Below, one piece after another: positions 50,056-62,411 of a DNA stretch of 64,000 nucleotides. The DNA comes from Gekko japonicus. Lineage: Eukaryota. The stretch lies in assembly GCF_001447785.1 (NCBI RefSeq), contig NW_015172563.1:1-64000 (forward strand), written 5' to 3'. Position 1 is the first letter of the stretch, and every line of letters starts with the position of its first letter. Below the pieces are notes generated by a model. That model was not told where the DNA came from. It saw only the letters and a list, made by a program, of their open reading frames with translations, and made no database searches. The position numbers and the translations under genes are program-made.

Positions 50056-51029
50056 CAGGGGTCTTTTTGGGGCCGGAGCGCGCCGAAGCGCCGCTCCAGG
50101 AGCCCAGGCGCCGGAGGCAGCAAGCGCCACCCCCAGCTCCCTGCACTGCAGCCCCTTGCCACCTCCCCGGGCCAGTGCCAGAGCACTGCGGCCCTGGGAG
50201 GCCAGAAGAGGCCCCCGCTGGCCTCCCAGGGCCAGTGCTGGAGCTCTGCAGCCCTGGGAGGCCAGAAGTGGGACCCCCGCCGCCTCCCAGGGCCAGTGCC
50301 GGAGTGCTGCGGCCCTGGGAGGCCAGAAGAGTTCCCCTCCGCATCCCAGGGCCAGCGCCAAAGTGCTGCGGCCCTGGGAGGCCAGAAGAGACCCTCCTCT
50401 GCTTCCCAGGGCCAGCGCCAGAGCGCTGTGGCCCTGGGAGGCCAGAAGAGGCCCCCTCGCTGCCGCCCAGGGTAAGTGAGGGATCCGTGGGGGGTGGCGG
50501 AGGCTTGATTGGGGGTGGGAGAGCATCCCCCCATCTCTTTGCCCTCTTTCTTTCCCTCCTTTCCTTCCACTTTCCTTTTCTTTCCCTCCTTCCCTTCTCG
50601 CTTTTTCTTTCTTTCTTTCTTTCCCTCCTTTTATTCTCTCCTTTTCCTTTTTCCCTCCTTTCCTTCTTTTTTCTCTTTCCTTCCTTCTTTCCTTCTCTCT
50701 CTTTTCCTCTTGCCTTCCTTCTTTTCTTCTCTCTAGTCTCTCTCTCTTTCCTTCCCTCTTTCCTCCTTCTGTGGCCCAAGTCTAGTGAGAAGGGGTATAA
50801 ACTTTAAACCCCTTCTCTCTTCGCTCCCCCCCCCGCCACTGGGGAAGGGGAGGGGAGGCTTTTGAATATGCCTTCCCCCGCCCTTTTGCTTCCCCTTCTG
50901 ACATCACTTCTGGTGATGTCAGGGGACGTTGCATATGCTAATGAGCTATTATGCTAATAGCCTAGTGGCTCATTAGCATACCATATGTTAATGAGCTCCT
51001 GCAGCTCTTTTTCTAGGAAAAGACCCCTG
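50056..51029. mobile_element. TIR element carrying a hairpin minisatellite and a polypyrimidine tract
   Basis: CAGGGGTCTTTT/AAAAGACCCCTG ends; about five ~60-bp units at 50160-50472; CT tract at 50530-50770; no TSD seen. Confidence 0.6.
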
Positions 51030-51600
51030 TCTAACAGAGATCCAAACATTCACATATCACACATGTATCTGTTTTAAATAGGCAAGTTTAGGATGAAGAC
51101 TTCTGGTCTCAATGGGCATGAATTGCCTTCAAGCCTGATAGGTTGGCAGTGGTTGCTGCAAAAGTGACCTTGGGAAGACAGGTCACTTGGATCTTGAGGA
51201 TTGCAATGGATTGCAGTGTCTACACATGTGATGGAAAAATGGAGACTCAGATAACCTAAAATGTATGAGAACCAATAAGTAAGATTCATACATGAAATCT
51301 TTTTTGAATATAGGAGATTTTATTCAACTCATGAAAGGTCAAGCAGCTCTGGATCTCCATTAGATTATGCAGAGCTCAAATAAATGTTTACTGATGCTTT
51401 ATATGAACAGATTTCAACTCGTCAGTTTGGATACATAACATTTAAGGCTCAAGTTGTTTTTAGTTTTGCAGAGAGATTACAGAACTGAGCCCCTGCAAGA
51501 AGTATTTGTTTTTAATATGAATTAAAAACTTGCTTGTTTACAGTATTCTGCAACATTAGTTTGTACCCAGGGCTTCTATACTGTTGTGTATTGTGTTACT

Positions 51601-51897
51601 TGTAAGTTCAGAATGCCTGAGCTTCAGCCACAAGCTTCATTGCCTCTTGGTATCCTGAAATCTGCAACAGGATTGGTCGGTGTCGGGAGACAGACCAATT
51701 AGGACAGTAGTTGACATTCGGGGGGACAATTCCTATTGGTTCCAAGCACTCGTTATTGATTGGATATTATTGTTCTAGGGTGTGTGGTTTTCCTTGGTTC
51801 AAATTGTATATAGTTGGGTCCTTCTGTATGTTTGTTGCTGTGTTCTGAGCTGAATAAACAAATCACTTTTGAAAAGAGCTGCCTCAAGTCCAGTACA
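51601..51897 (+). mobile_element. Probable solo LTR (Gypsy-like)
   Basis: TGTA...TACA ends, CCAAT/TATA/AATAAA order, imperfect flanks TACT/TAAT. Confidence 0.55.
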
Positions 51898-52122
51898 TAA
51901 TATATACCCTTGCCTGAAAGGCAAGTGAATGTTTAATCTCACAATCACAAATAAAATGAGAGGGGGGTTATGCACATTATTTTAAGTGTGACAGTCATTT
52001 CTAAATAGTTGCAAAAAATGAATGTACTATAGTGTATAGTCTTCACAATTTCAGAATGGAAATAAAACTAGGCATAGCCTGGGTGATTTCATATGCAAAA
52101 ATATTCTCAAGTAATGGTGTAC

Positions 52123-53961
52123 TCAGACATTTGCTAGAATCTCCTCCATTAAAACAATCAGTACATAGACCCTTAACAGAATTTGAACAGTTACTAAAAA
52201 AACACAGACAGACATATGTAAGGAATGGTATCAAAGATTTACAGAATTTTGCATAAAACAGAAGATAACTTGATGCTGAACTATCAAAAACAATGGAATT
52301 TAGACTGCCAAGGTGGATGATGACTGGAAGCAAATCTGGAACTCTCAAAGCTTCTCATCAAAATTTTCCTCAAATTTCAATTTGTCAAAATGGTCATGAG
52401 GTGGTATCTACCCCCAATTATATTACATTGTATAACTAAAACTAAAAGCCCATATGGTGGTCATGCCCATATATAAAACAATTTTGGATTCAAATAGCAT
52501 ATCAGATAAATCTTATTACAGGTACTATGCTACCATTATTGCCAGAAGTTATGCTATTAAGAAATTGGAATAATCCTTTAATAAACAAACATAAATCTGA
52601 GCTAATTAATATTTTACTTTCCATTGCTTGAATAACTGCAGCAAAATGGATTTACAAGAATTTACCCACTATAGACTCTTGGCACAATAGGAGCTGGGAC
52701 CACTTTATTATTTGGGAAGTAGCACACAACCCCTCTGACTCTTCAGCAGACAAGTATGAGGAAAAGACTATTGCAATTTGGTTTTCAACGCTTAGCTATA
52801 TGTCAGAGAGGTATTATTTAAAAAAATCCACTCTACCAAAATAGGTTTTTCTGATTATCTTATTATAACCTCCTGTATTGATTAGAATTAAAATTAGTGT
52901 GTTTCGTTTTAGTTTGATAAGTTTAAGTTTTGAAAATAAATGTTTTGTGATGTATAAACAAAATAAAATTGTAAAAGGTGTATGGTTGTACGAAAGTACA
53001 ACTGTTTCTTTTTTTGTATGCATTAATAAAAATAAAGATTTTTTTAAAAAAGTAATGGTGTACAACAGTTACTAAAAAAACACAGACAGACATATGTAAG
53101 GAATGGTATCAAAGATTTACAGAATTTTGCATAAAACAGAAGATAACTTGATGCTGAACTATCCAAAACAATGGAATTTAGACTGCCAAGGTGGATGATG
53201 ACTGGAAGCAAATCTGGAACTCTCAAAGCTTCTCATCAAAATTTTCCTCAATTTGTCAAAATGGTCATGAGGTGGTATCTACCCCCAATTAGATTACATC
53301 GTATAACTAAAGCTAAAAGCCCATATTGTAGAAAAAATAACAGCCCAAAAGTGGATTTTATATATTGCTGGTGGACATGCCCACATATAAAACAATTTTG
53401 GATTCAAATAGCACATCAGATAAATCTTTACAGGTACTATGCTACCATTATTGCCAGAAGTTATGCTATTAAGAAATTGGAATAATCCTTTAATAAACAA
53501 ACATAAATCTGAGCTAATTAATATTTTACTTTCCATTGCTTGAATAATTGCAACAAAATGGATTGACAAGAATTTACCCACTATAGACTCTTGGCACAAT
53601 AGGAGCTGGGACCACTTTATTATGTGGAAAGTAGCACACAACCCCTCTGACTCTTCAGCAGACAAGTATGAGGAAAAGACGATTGCAATTTGGTTTTCAA
53701 CGCTTAGCTATATGTCAGAGAGGTATTATTTAAAAAAATCCACTCTACCAAAATAGGTTTTTCTGATTATCTTATTATAACCTCCTGTATTGATTAGAAT
53801 TAAAATTAGTGTGTTTCGTTTTAGTTTGATAAGTTTAAGTTTTGAAAATAAATGTTTTGTGATGTATAAACAAAATAAAATTGTAAAAGGTGTATGGTTG
53901 TACGAAAGTACAACTGTTTCTTTTTTTGTATGCATTAATAAAAATAAAGATTTTTTAAAAA
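52123..53961 (+). mobile_element. Two tandem 5'-truncated L1 3' ends
   Basis: KMVMRWYLPP...YCWWTCP.IKQFW; AAGTAATGGTGTAC at 52109, 53050 and 53962. Confidence 0.88.
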
Positions 53962-55932
53962 AAGTAATGGTGTACATTCTAACTACATTATGACTTTTGC
54001 AGTTTTCTGTTTCTCAACTGTAGATGTAACAGCTAGTACCAAACTGCTTAACTACGGACTAATTGGCTAACTCAGAAACTACAAGCTGATAAAACGACAA
54101 TGTAATTGCTGCTAAATATTTTCAATTTAGAGTATATTTTAAATACTCTAAATTAAATTCTCTAAATACATTTTCACTGACCATACATTTCAAACAACAT
54201 TCCACTATTCCCTCACCTTTCCTTGACTGGAAAGCTACAATTGCCTATTGCAGAAGAGGGAAAATAACTCAGCAAAGACAGGACCCTGTGCATGTTTACT
54301 TAGAAGTAAATCCTGTTAAGTTCAATGGGACTTTCATCCAATTAATCATGCAATGTTTACAGCCTTCCAATCTCAGAGCAATAAGCCCCACAGGACTCAC
54401 AAATTAGTGTGAATATGACTGTGCCGTTATAACTTGAATGCTTGCACGTTTAGGTGTGTGCAGGACTACTGCCTGATCCTAAGCATATGTATTCAGAAGC
54501 ATATCTAATTTCTGTTCAGTGGAGCTTACTCTCAAGTAAACAAGCATAAGATTGCAGAATTAGGAATGTAAATTTCACTGTATGTTTAGGAGAAGGAGAC
54601 GTTAGTAGCCTGTGGGGTACTAGGTGCGGATTATCATAGAAGAGAAAACTGAAGGCTTCTACAGGAGCATGCAAGCAAACCCCTTTCCTTATTTTCTGCC
54701 AAAGGAACCAGGTCCAATTTGTGCTACTGAATTTCTTTACAGTACTGGCCTTTGTGTTACTGAATTTCTATTATCAGCTTTTGAACCTGACTGAAAAAAA
54801 GATCTGCGTTTCTTCTGCCCTCAACTCACATAAAACTTCACAAGTTGACTTACAGTTTCTTCCTTCCATTCCTTTTTAATTAATTCTGAAATTGTGTTGC
54901 ATTTTAGATTAACATTTTGATTTAGGCCTAGTGAGGCAACAGACTAGCAAACACCATTCCCTTGGTTCTGAGAGCCTGGAGAGTTCTGTGGTTGTCCTGG
55001 GTCTCTGCACTTCAATGCAACTCCTTTTCTTCTCCCCTTATTCCAGCAGGATTTGTCCGACTTCTTTCTGGGTGTTACCTGCTACAACCAACTAATCTTG
55101 AAGAGTATCTCCTGCCAGAAGGATTAGTACTTCTAGCACTCTTTATTGCATTGTTCTTTAAAGGCTCTGTCTGTTACCTCAAAATGCTAGATTTATCCAA
55201 AAAGGCTGTCTCCTGTTTATTAGGGGAATTATTGAAGGGGACAAAATGGCTTTGCGATACGGAGGTAACTAGCAGGAATCTTCACCTATGTTTTACCGGG
55301 GGGGGGGGTCCCCTTAGGAGAACTCTCAAATAACCAGTCCAAAGGTAAAATAGAGACTGATTTTATTAGGGAGAAAATAAAAGTACTAACATACAATAAG
55401 CATGCAAGAAGATACATACATACAAGATCAATTAAGATATAAAGGGATTAGCAGGAAATATAGGGGGGTGTTGGGGTGATAGATACCTGTCCCATAGAGC
55501 AGAAATCTATGGAGAGAAGATGTGAGGCGGACCAGCATCTCACAGAAGGACCCAAGCAGTATGCAGGTGCATTGTCACTAGGCATCCAGGCAAGATACAC
55601 AGTAATGGAGCTAAGGCTGCCTAGTTAGAGGAAAAAATGGGACCTAAGGGCATGCGAACATGACTGCCCATGAAATAAAGAACTGACAGGATTAACTAAA
55701 AGGTAAGACAATGAGATTGGGAACGCTGAATAGGGTTTCCAGGTATAGACAAAGAAGAACAGCAGATGTTCTTAGAAGGGGTTTTGAATGTAAATTACAG
55801 TTTAGGCTGGAACTCAGATTGCTTCCTCCGGTGATTCAGTGGCTAATGGATTGCTAATTAAACTAATCAAAAAGACACATTGCTGCTTGGCAACCCTCCA
55901 TTTGTGTACAGTGGGAAAGAGGGAAGCAGTTA

Positions 55933-56124
55933 GGAGGAGGAGGAAGGGGAGATTAGATGTATACCCCGCCCTTCACTACCCAAAGGAGTCTCAGAGCGGC
56001 TTACAAACTCCTTTCCCTTCCCCTCCCCACAACAGACACAGCAGGTGCAAGTGGAGGAGTGGGGAATCAAACCCGGTTCTCCCAGATTAGAATCCGCGCA
56101 CTTAATCACTACACCAAACTGGCT
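55933..56124 (-). mobile_element. Squam3-like SINE with internal deletion
   Basis: Tail and head both present; the middle is missing relative to 27502-27745. Confidence 0.8.
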
Positions 56125-56784
56125 CATTATTTTGAAGGAAAGGTGGGTATGAAAAGGTGAGGAGAGACTGACAGGATTAGTGAGCCAGGTTGAATGGCAT
56201 TAGCTCTGGAGCAAGGCAGGTCTATTGTTCAGCGTATGCAGATGTCGGGGTGGAGGGAGAGGCTGCAGCTGGGTCAGACCAAGATGTCACATGTACCAGG
56301 GTCTTTGCCTAGGCATAACTATCAGGTCTGCCTGTCTGGGATCCATCCTGTTTCTATTTAGGTCAAGTCAGCCTGGTGTATGTACTCCTGGGGTGCTGTA
56401 AAATGGAGTTAATCTTCTCCATATTGCCTCTCACTAAAGAGAGGGGATCTGCCTGGTTTACATGTTTGCCACGTCTCGTTTTGATCATACTAGCTAACAC
56501 AGGGGTGGTCTATTGCCCTTTTGCAATTTTGGGGATAGTGCAGTCACCTTTGGTCCCTCCCCTTTACCACTCTTTGGAACATGTGGCTGAATCAGGCATG
56601 GTACGAGCACAGAGATCAGGCTTCGAGCATTCAAAATATAAGAAAGTTTAATAAACAAAAAAACCCTGCACACATGAACAAGCATCAGGCTAAACAAGTT
56701 TATAGAGAAAAGGTGAAAATGTGCAGTCTTCTAGCCCTAGCCATAGATATAACCAAATGATGTTATTATGATAGGGTATTAACT

Positions 56785-56955
56785 CTTGGATCTTGGAAGC
56801 TAAGCAAAGTTGGCCCTGGGTAGCACTTGATGGGAGACCATCAAGGAAGCCCAAGGCTGATATGCAGAGGCAAACCACCTCTCTTTGTCCCTTGCCTTGA
56901 AAACCCTATAGGGTTGCCATAGGTTGGTTGCAACTTGGCAGCACTTCCACCACCA
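56785..56955 (+). mobile_element. 5S rRNA-derived SINE (SINE3-like), degenerate
   Basis: GATCTTGGAAGCTAAGCA...CACTTGATGGGAGACC resembles the 5S internal control region, followed by a non-5S tail. Confidence 0.65.
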
Positions 56956-57698
56956 TTAATTCTTGAGGTTATAGCAATTTAAAAATCCTCCATTACCTCC
57001 ATTCTTGGGTTTAGGGACTTTCCCCCATTGTTCCTCAACATGTGGTCAAGATTAAGTCCTGATGTAAAAGCTAGCTATTCATTGCTTGGCAAATTGAAGG
57101 TGCCTTCATTAAGAGGAAAGTAGCTTGATCAATGTGTCCAGAGAATTTATAATCCCCCTTTCATTTATTTTATTATTAATTTTATACCCTGCCCCCCCCC
57201 GAGTTTCAGAAGTCCATCTTCACACTGCGGTCATTCCTTTCCTCTGACTCAAAAGGAAGAGATACAATCTAGCATTTGATTTCCTTAGTCTTTGTCCCAA
57301 TGTGTGACATTCTAGCAAGGATGGTAAACCTTTTGTTCCACTCCTGCCATGTCCATCTGCATGACTAAGCACTTGGAAGAGAGATGAATTGTCTCCTGTA
57401 GCTTTCCTTCTGCCAGTTGTCCACCAGTATTAAAGTTTCTGGAGCATGTATAGAGTGCGGCCTCAGTTACTGAAAATTTGAGGTGAATTCTAGCGTGGAG
57501 GGCATTTCTCCACAGGCCTACTTAACTGTGATAAAGTTAAGTACAATCTTAATATTTTATAAGATGGAAATGTTAGCACAAAAAACAACCAACTCACATC
57601 TTGCAGCTCTCTCTTGAAGATAATCATACGCTGCTTAGAAGGTCAGCAAAGTTGGCCACCTCTACAGTATGAATAAATGTGTGCTCATTGGTTTTCAG

Positions 57699-57756
57699 GA
57701 GTGACTGCAGCTTGTGAACCAACCAAAGATGAAGAAGGTGATCTGTGCTCTATATG
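57699..57756 (+). other. Candidate exon (ATG at 57729; MKKVICALY, phase 1)
   Basis: TTTTCAG acceptor, G|GTAACT donor, A at -3 of the ATG. Confidence 0.4.
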
Positions 57757-58123
57757 GTAACTATTCATCACATAGGAATGCTGTATCTATTTACACAGAG
57801 TGAACACTCTAAGGGTAGTTCTGCTCTATCCAGTTCCCATCTGAGTATTATCTTCATGGCCAGAACCACAACCCAGCAGCGCTAATTTCATCTTCCCTCA
57901 ATTCAGCACTAACTTTTTTGGTTTATTTACATTTTAAGTGTAGATTTAATTTTAAAAAATCAAGCAGGTATTTTCATGACTGAACAAGTTCAAAATGTAC
58001 ACAAATGATCAGGAGACACATGTATGCTTTGTTGTGACCAAAGTTTTATTTTTACCAGTACTCTATTCATTTTCTGAATGAACTATTTCCAATCTGTCTT
58101 TTTGTTCATCTGTTCTTAACCAG

Positions 58124-58168
58124 GTTTATTCTCTCTTTTCTGGCATCTTACATTTCCAGCTGCAAAGG
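58124..58168 (+). other. Candidate 45-nt exon completing a signal peptide (GLFSLFWHLTFPAAK)
   Basis: Long pyrimidine tract plus CAG; AGG|GTAAAA donor; in frame with the previous exon. Confidence 0.4.
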
Positions 58169-59071
58169 GTAAAACATGAGATCTTTGTGTCCTTCCTCCC
58201 ACAGGGGCCGAAAAAGCCGGGGGGGGGGGGGTTGTAGCATAATTTTGAGCAGATAAATGGCAGGAACAGAGCTAAGCAGACCCTCCCTCCAGCCACTGCT
58301 CCGTTCCAGAGATCCTCCCAAGGAAAGGGGCACAGAGCTGTGTCACATATAGTTTGGCCCCTAGACAAAGTAAGAATGGAAGGGGTGGTGACTACCTTTC
58401 AAAGCAGATTCATTTGTTATCTCCATTTTTCTGTGAGTAGAAATGTTGCCCTTTCCCCATAAATGCCAAAATATATAGAGAGTCAAAGTTCCTACCCTAG
58501 AAGCCTTCTGGCACAGTTACCTGACAGTGAGATATAAAAATAAAATCAACATAGTGCAATTAATGGCCCTTTAAAAAGGGGGCATTACCTTGCTGCGAGT
58601 TCAAGAGCAAATTAATTACTGAATGATTCTTGAGATATTACCAGAAATCACTTCCTTAATAGATGTACAAAGCTGTACAGCATAATCGTACATCTGAGGC
58701 ACCAATATCAACCTTTGCCAGAATACTGGTTTCGGATATTAGTTGCTTTAATTACTGCCCCAAATAATGGCTTCAGTCTCCCCTCAGCAGCACAAGTGTC
58801 ATACAGAGTCCCACCCTAGTTCCCTCTTCTCTTATCTCATGATACACACAATAATTTTATTGCTTGTTGCCCTTTCTGGTTCACCCTTTTCTTAGCGCCA
58901 ACTCTTCTGCAGCCAGCTATCTTTGCCTTGTTTGCTGTGTATAGATCACTGCCCATCGATCATCTACAATGAACAATAAGGGCATGATTGTGCCTCTAGT
59001 TCTCTATAGCAGCTTTTCCTATTTAGTTTGTCTTGTCCCTCAGTGTCCTTCAATGTTCCTCTTTCCTTTTT

Positions 59072-60558
59072 TTTATGGCCCCCTCGTAGGGGATTTTTTA
59101 TTTAAATTTACTAAAAACTACAACGAAATTAGGGAGGGAGTCTACACACTATAGGAGAAAGAAAAGAAAACCCACTAAAACCCAAGGGTTGGAGGTCACA
59201 TACAGCTTATAAAACATTTGCTTAACAATAGTAAAAAGCTTTCTTTAACATTGAGAGTGATCAATCATCATCATAGCTTGTAAAAACATCCCAACAAATC
59301 TGACTATATGAAGAGTAGTCCAGGAGAATCGTTATTTAACTTAGACACAAATTACAGAGAACAATGGCATTTCATTTAACCATTATTTTTCCCTCAACCA
59401 TTAAAAGCAAATTAACAATAAGTCTCCCTCAGTAGATATTACACAATCTCATTTTCTCTTCCATTGCTATTTTCCTCTTTCTTCGTCCCTGTGGCACCAT
59501 CTTGCTGTATCAGGAACTGGCCATCTCAAAACAAAGTCCCTTCTCCTTTTTCCAGGACAGTTCCGCTTAAATTCTTGCCTTCAATCCTAGGGGTCATTCC
59601 AATTTGCTTTTCACTGCCTGACTTGAAGAGAGCCTTGTCACCTTATTGCCCAGCAGACTTAATCAGGATATAACCATGGAGGATACTCCTTCACTTTAAA
59701 CCTCGCTTATGGTCTGCATACAGGCCCTTCGAATTACAAATGCCCATTTGACTCTCCTCTTTGATCCTGAAAGCCCCTATGATCATTGGTTAGACGCTTC
59801 TCCAATATTAACACAGTCCTTTTAAAAGCAACAGCTGACATGTAGCACAGTTCTTGCATAGTACCTCATTTATACCAACAGGGGACAAAGGCTTAAGACA
59901 CAGTTTGCAAGAGTCTATAATTATTTCTGGTCACATGGTTAACCAGCAGCTCTTCCACTTCCTGGAGAAAGCTTGGATATCACTTGTTGCTCTTACTATG
60001 TTGTCCGTCGCCATTTTTAAGGATGTTTACTTTTACAAAGTTTGCCAAAGTCCCGAAAACTTGCTTCAATGCTTAACTGCCTCCTGGAATCTCTCCGTAT
60101 AGTCCATTGCTGCTTTTAAACATGTCCCCCCTTTCTTCTAGCTCCGTAACACTTATAAACAGTTCTTAGCAGAGGAGAGTCCACGCTCCCCCCTCGCTTT
60201 TCCCCAGGGGGCTTTCGCTTTGTTGTTTCGTTTCAACTTTACTCACTCTTCATATGTAGATCAAGTAGATCTTGCTGACAGATATGCTTATTTGCCGCTC
60301 GACCTTGATGGGGTGTGCATAGATTAGTCCTTGCCGGAACACAGCAGAGAGACCGTCGAAGCAAAGAGACGCCCCAATTTCCCGACAGCGTGCCGGGAAA
60401 GAGGCGACCCTCAGCGCTGCATGACTGGAGACCCTTCGCAAGGGTCCCCGGGGGGGCGCAGACATTCGCACCCCCTCTCTAAGTGCTGGTTTGCGAGCCA
60501 CCTCCCTGGGAGATCCCAGGAGACACAGCCGCCATCAGCTCGCCGAAACCCCGCCTCC
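59072..60558 (-). mobile_element. Non-autonomous L1-type element (~1.5 kb, both ends intact, no ORF2)
   Basis: TSD CCTCTTTCCTTTTT at 59058-59071 and 60559-60572; CpG-rich 5' end with GATGGCGG; 3'UTR similar to 46990-47165; poly(A). Confidence 0.8.
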
Positions 60559-61907
60559 CCTCTTTCCTTTTTGTATGTTTGCAAATCCATATGTATTCTT
60601 CTCTCTTGAGGGAGTGCCTGTTCTCTGGGTCAGTTAATTTTATAAAAATGTTGATGTGCGTCACTAGCTGTCTAGCATTAAAAGGGATGGGAAATCTCGA
60701 AAGAACTCAACAGACTATTTTAAGTGATTTTAAAATGTTACAAATGCTCCCTATTCTTATACTATCAACTTTTAAAAGAATTCAGTTAAAAGGAACGGTA
60801 GGGACACTAAATATATAAGTTAAGAAGTGCACCAATGTAAATCAGCGCACCCTGCCAGTTCTTAAGCCAGCTGACATTCTTTTGCCTGAATCTGATACCT
60901 CCTAGAATTTACCATGTCCTTTTCCACTTTCTGTCCCCTCCTCAAATTTCATAGTGATTGTTCAACCAGTATAAAGAGCAGTGCAGAAGAACCTTATAGA
61001 TATGAACTCTGTACCAAGAGAAGAGAAGGTAGGAAGGATAGCTAATCACACTGGTGTTGCTTGAAAACTATTTGGAGGGTGTATAACATCATCAACAGGT
61101 AGATTATACATTATTTCTAGCACTATATTGAGCTCCTGATTTACCACATCCTTGATTTCTGTAGGTTGCCAAGCATTATGGGCTGCTAATAATGTTGAAA
61201 GGTGGCCACCTGTTACCTCCACTCAGTTACAGCTGGCATATGGTAAATTTATACAGGATATTGCATTGTTGCCAGTCACCTGTTTCAATCCAGAACCATC
61301 GCCAGCGTAGCTATCTTCATTTCTGTCATGACCAGAGAGAAAGAATATGCATTATTTCCACTTAGCAACCCAAATCTAATACTGAGATTTGAATGTGGCC
61401 CTTTGCTTCCTGCAACATAATGATTTGCTTCCTGACCTTTATGTGCTGCGCTCTCATTACCACAGCTGCTGGGCGGACATGACAGTTATACATTTTGGTA
61501 AATGCTGACCATGTGCATTACTTGCTGTACAACCACACAAAAAGGCAGTCACTGTCACAGAGATCAGTCTTCAGACACCCACACTGAGAGTTCTGAAGAC
61601 ACTGAACCCTCAGAAAAATACAATAATGTGAATGCCAGAGCAATGAATAATTGGATAATGTCAGCTTGAAAACTGACAGCTGAATTAGAACTTTTTGAGT
61701 GATATTTTCATTTTAAAAATACATTTCCTTAAGGCGAAGTACTTAAAAATTACATTTTCTTACTCAATTGTTTACTGAAACATTTTTATCTCCTCTTTCC
61801 CAAAAGCAGCCCAAGGCAGCTCACAACAAATACCCTCAAAGGGGGGGACGGACAATTATAGACCATTATATATGAAATACATTAAACACACAACTAGTAA
61901 AATAATT

Positions 61908-62411
61908 AGTCGTTGCAGATTTTCTGGGCTGTATGGCCATGGTGTTGGCATTGTAGTACCTGACGTTTCGCCAGCAGCTGTGACTGGCACCCTCAGAGGT
62001 ATAACACAGAAAGATGGAGTGCTCTCTGTGTCAATGTGAGAAGAAAAATGGTAGGCAGGTATATCAGATTACACAGGGAAGCCATTGAAATTAATAAACA
62101 TAAACACAATTTCAACAGGAAGGAAAAGTGTTTAAAAATAAACAGGACATGGTTTCCAGTCCTGAAAAACACAAAATTCTCTACATCTTATAATAGCACT
62201 ATAGATAAGATTAGAATTCAACAGCCAATCCATATGCAAAAGAATCTCCTCAGGAAAGCTCCTCCATTAGCATGTCACAGCCTGGGAAACGCCTACAAGA
62301 TAATAACTCAGCCCTACCCCACCTTCCTGAGTAGATATAAATTACCTGCCTACCATTTTTCTTCTCACATCGACACAGAGAGTACTCCATTTTTCTGTGT
62401 TATACCTCTGA
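61908..62411 (+). mobile_element. Penelope-like element 3' end with inverted pseudo-LTR
   Basis: RLHREAIEINKHKHNFNRKE (GIY-YIG C-terminus); 61994-62061 is the reverse complement of 62343-62411. Confidence 0.88.
61959..62000 (-). ncRNA. Penelope-associated minimal hammerhead ribozyme motif (variant core)
   Basis: Minus strand CTGAGGG-TGCCAGTCACAGCTGCTGGC-GAAACGTC. Confidence 0.65.

Noticed and set aside
50160-50472. CRISPR-like repeat-spacer array
   Set aside because: Vertebrate DNA, the spacers are not unique, and there are no cas genes.
49943-50807. Overlapping long ORFs on both strands
   Set aside because: They arise from the GC-rich minisatellite and the CT tract; low complexity.
55253-55880. 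LTR-like segment (also about 2740-3546)
   Set aside because: Composition is suggestive, but no matching TSD or clear boundaries were found.
56785-56850. 5S rRNA gene
   Set aside because: Partial, diverged and fused to a SINE-like tail.
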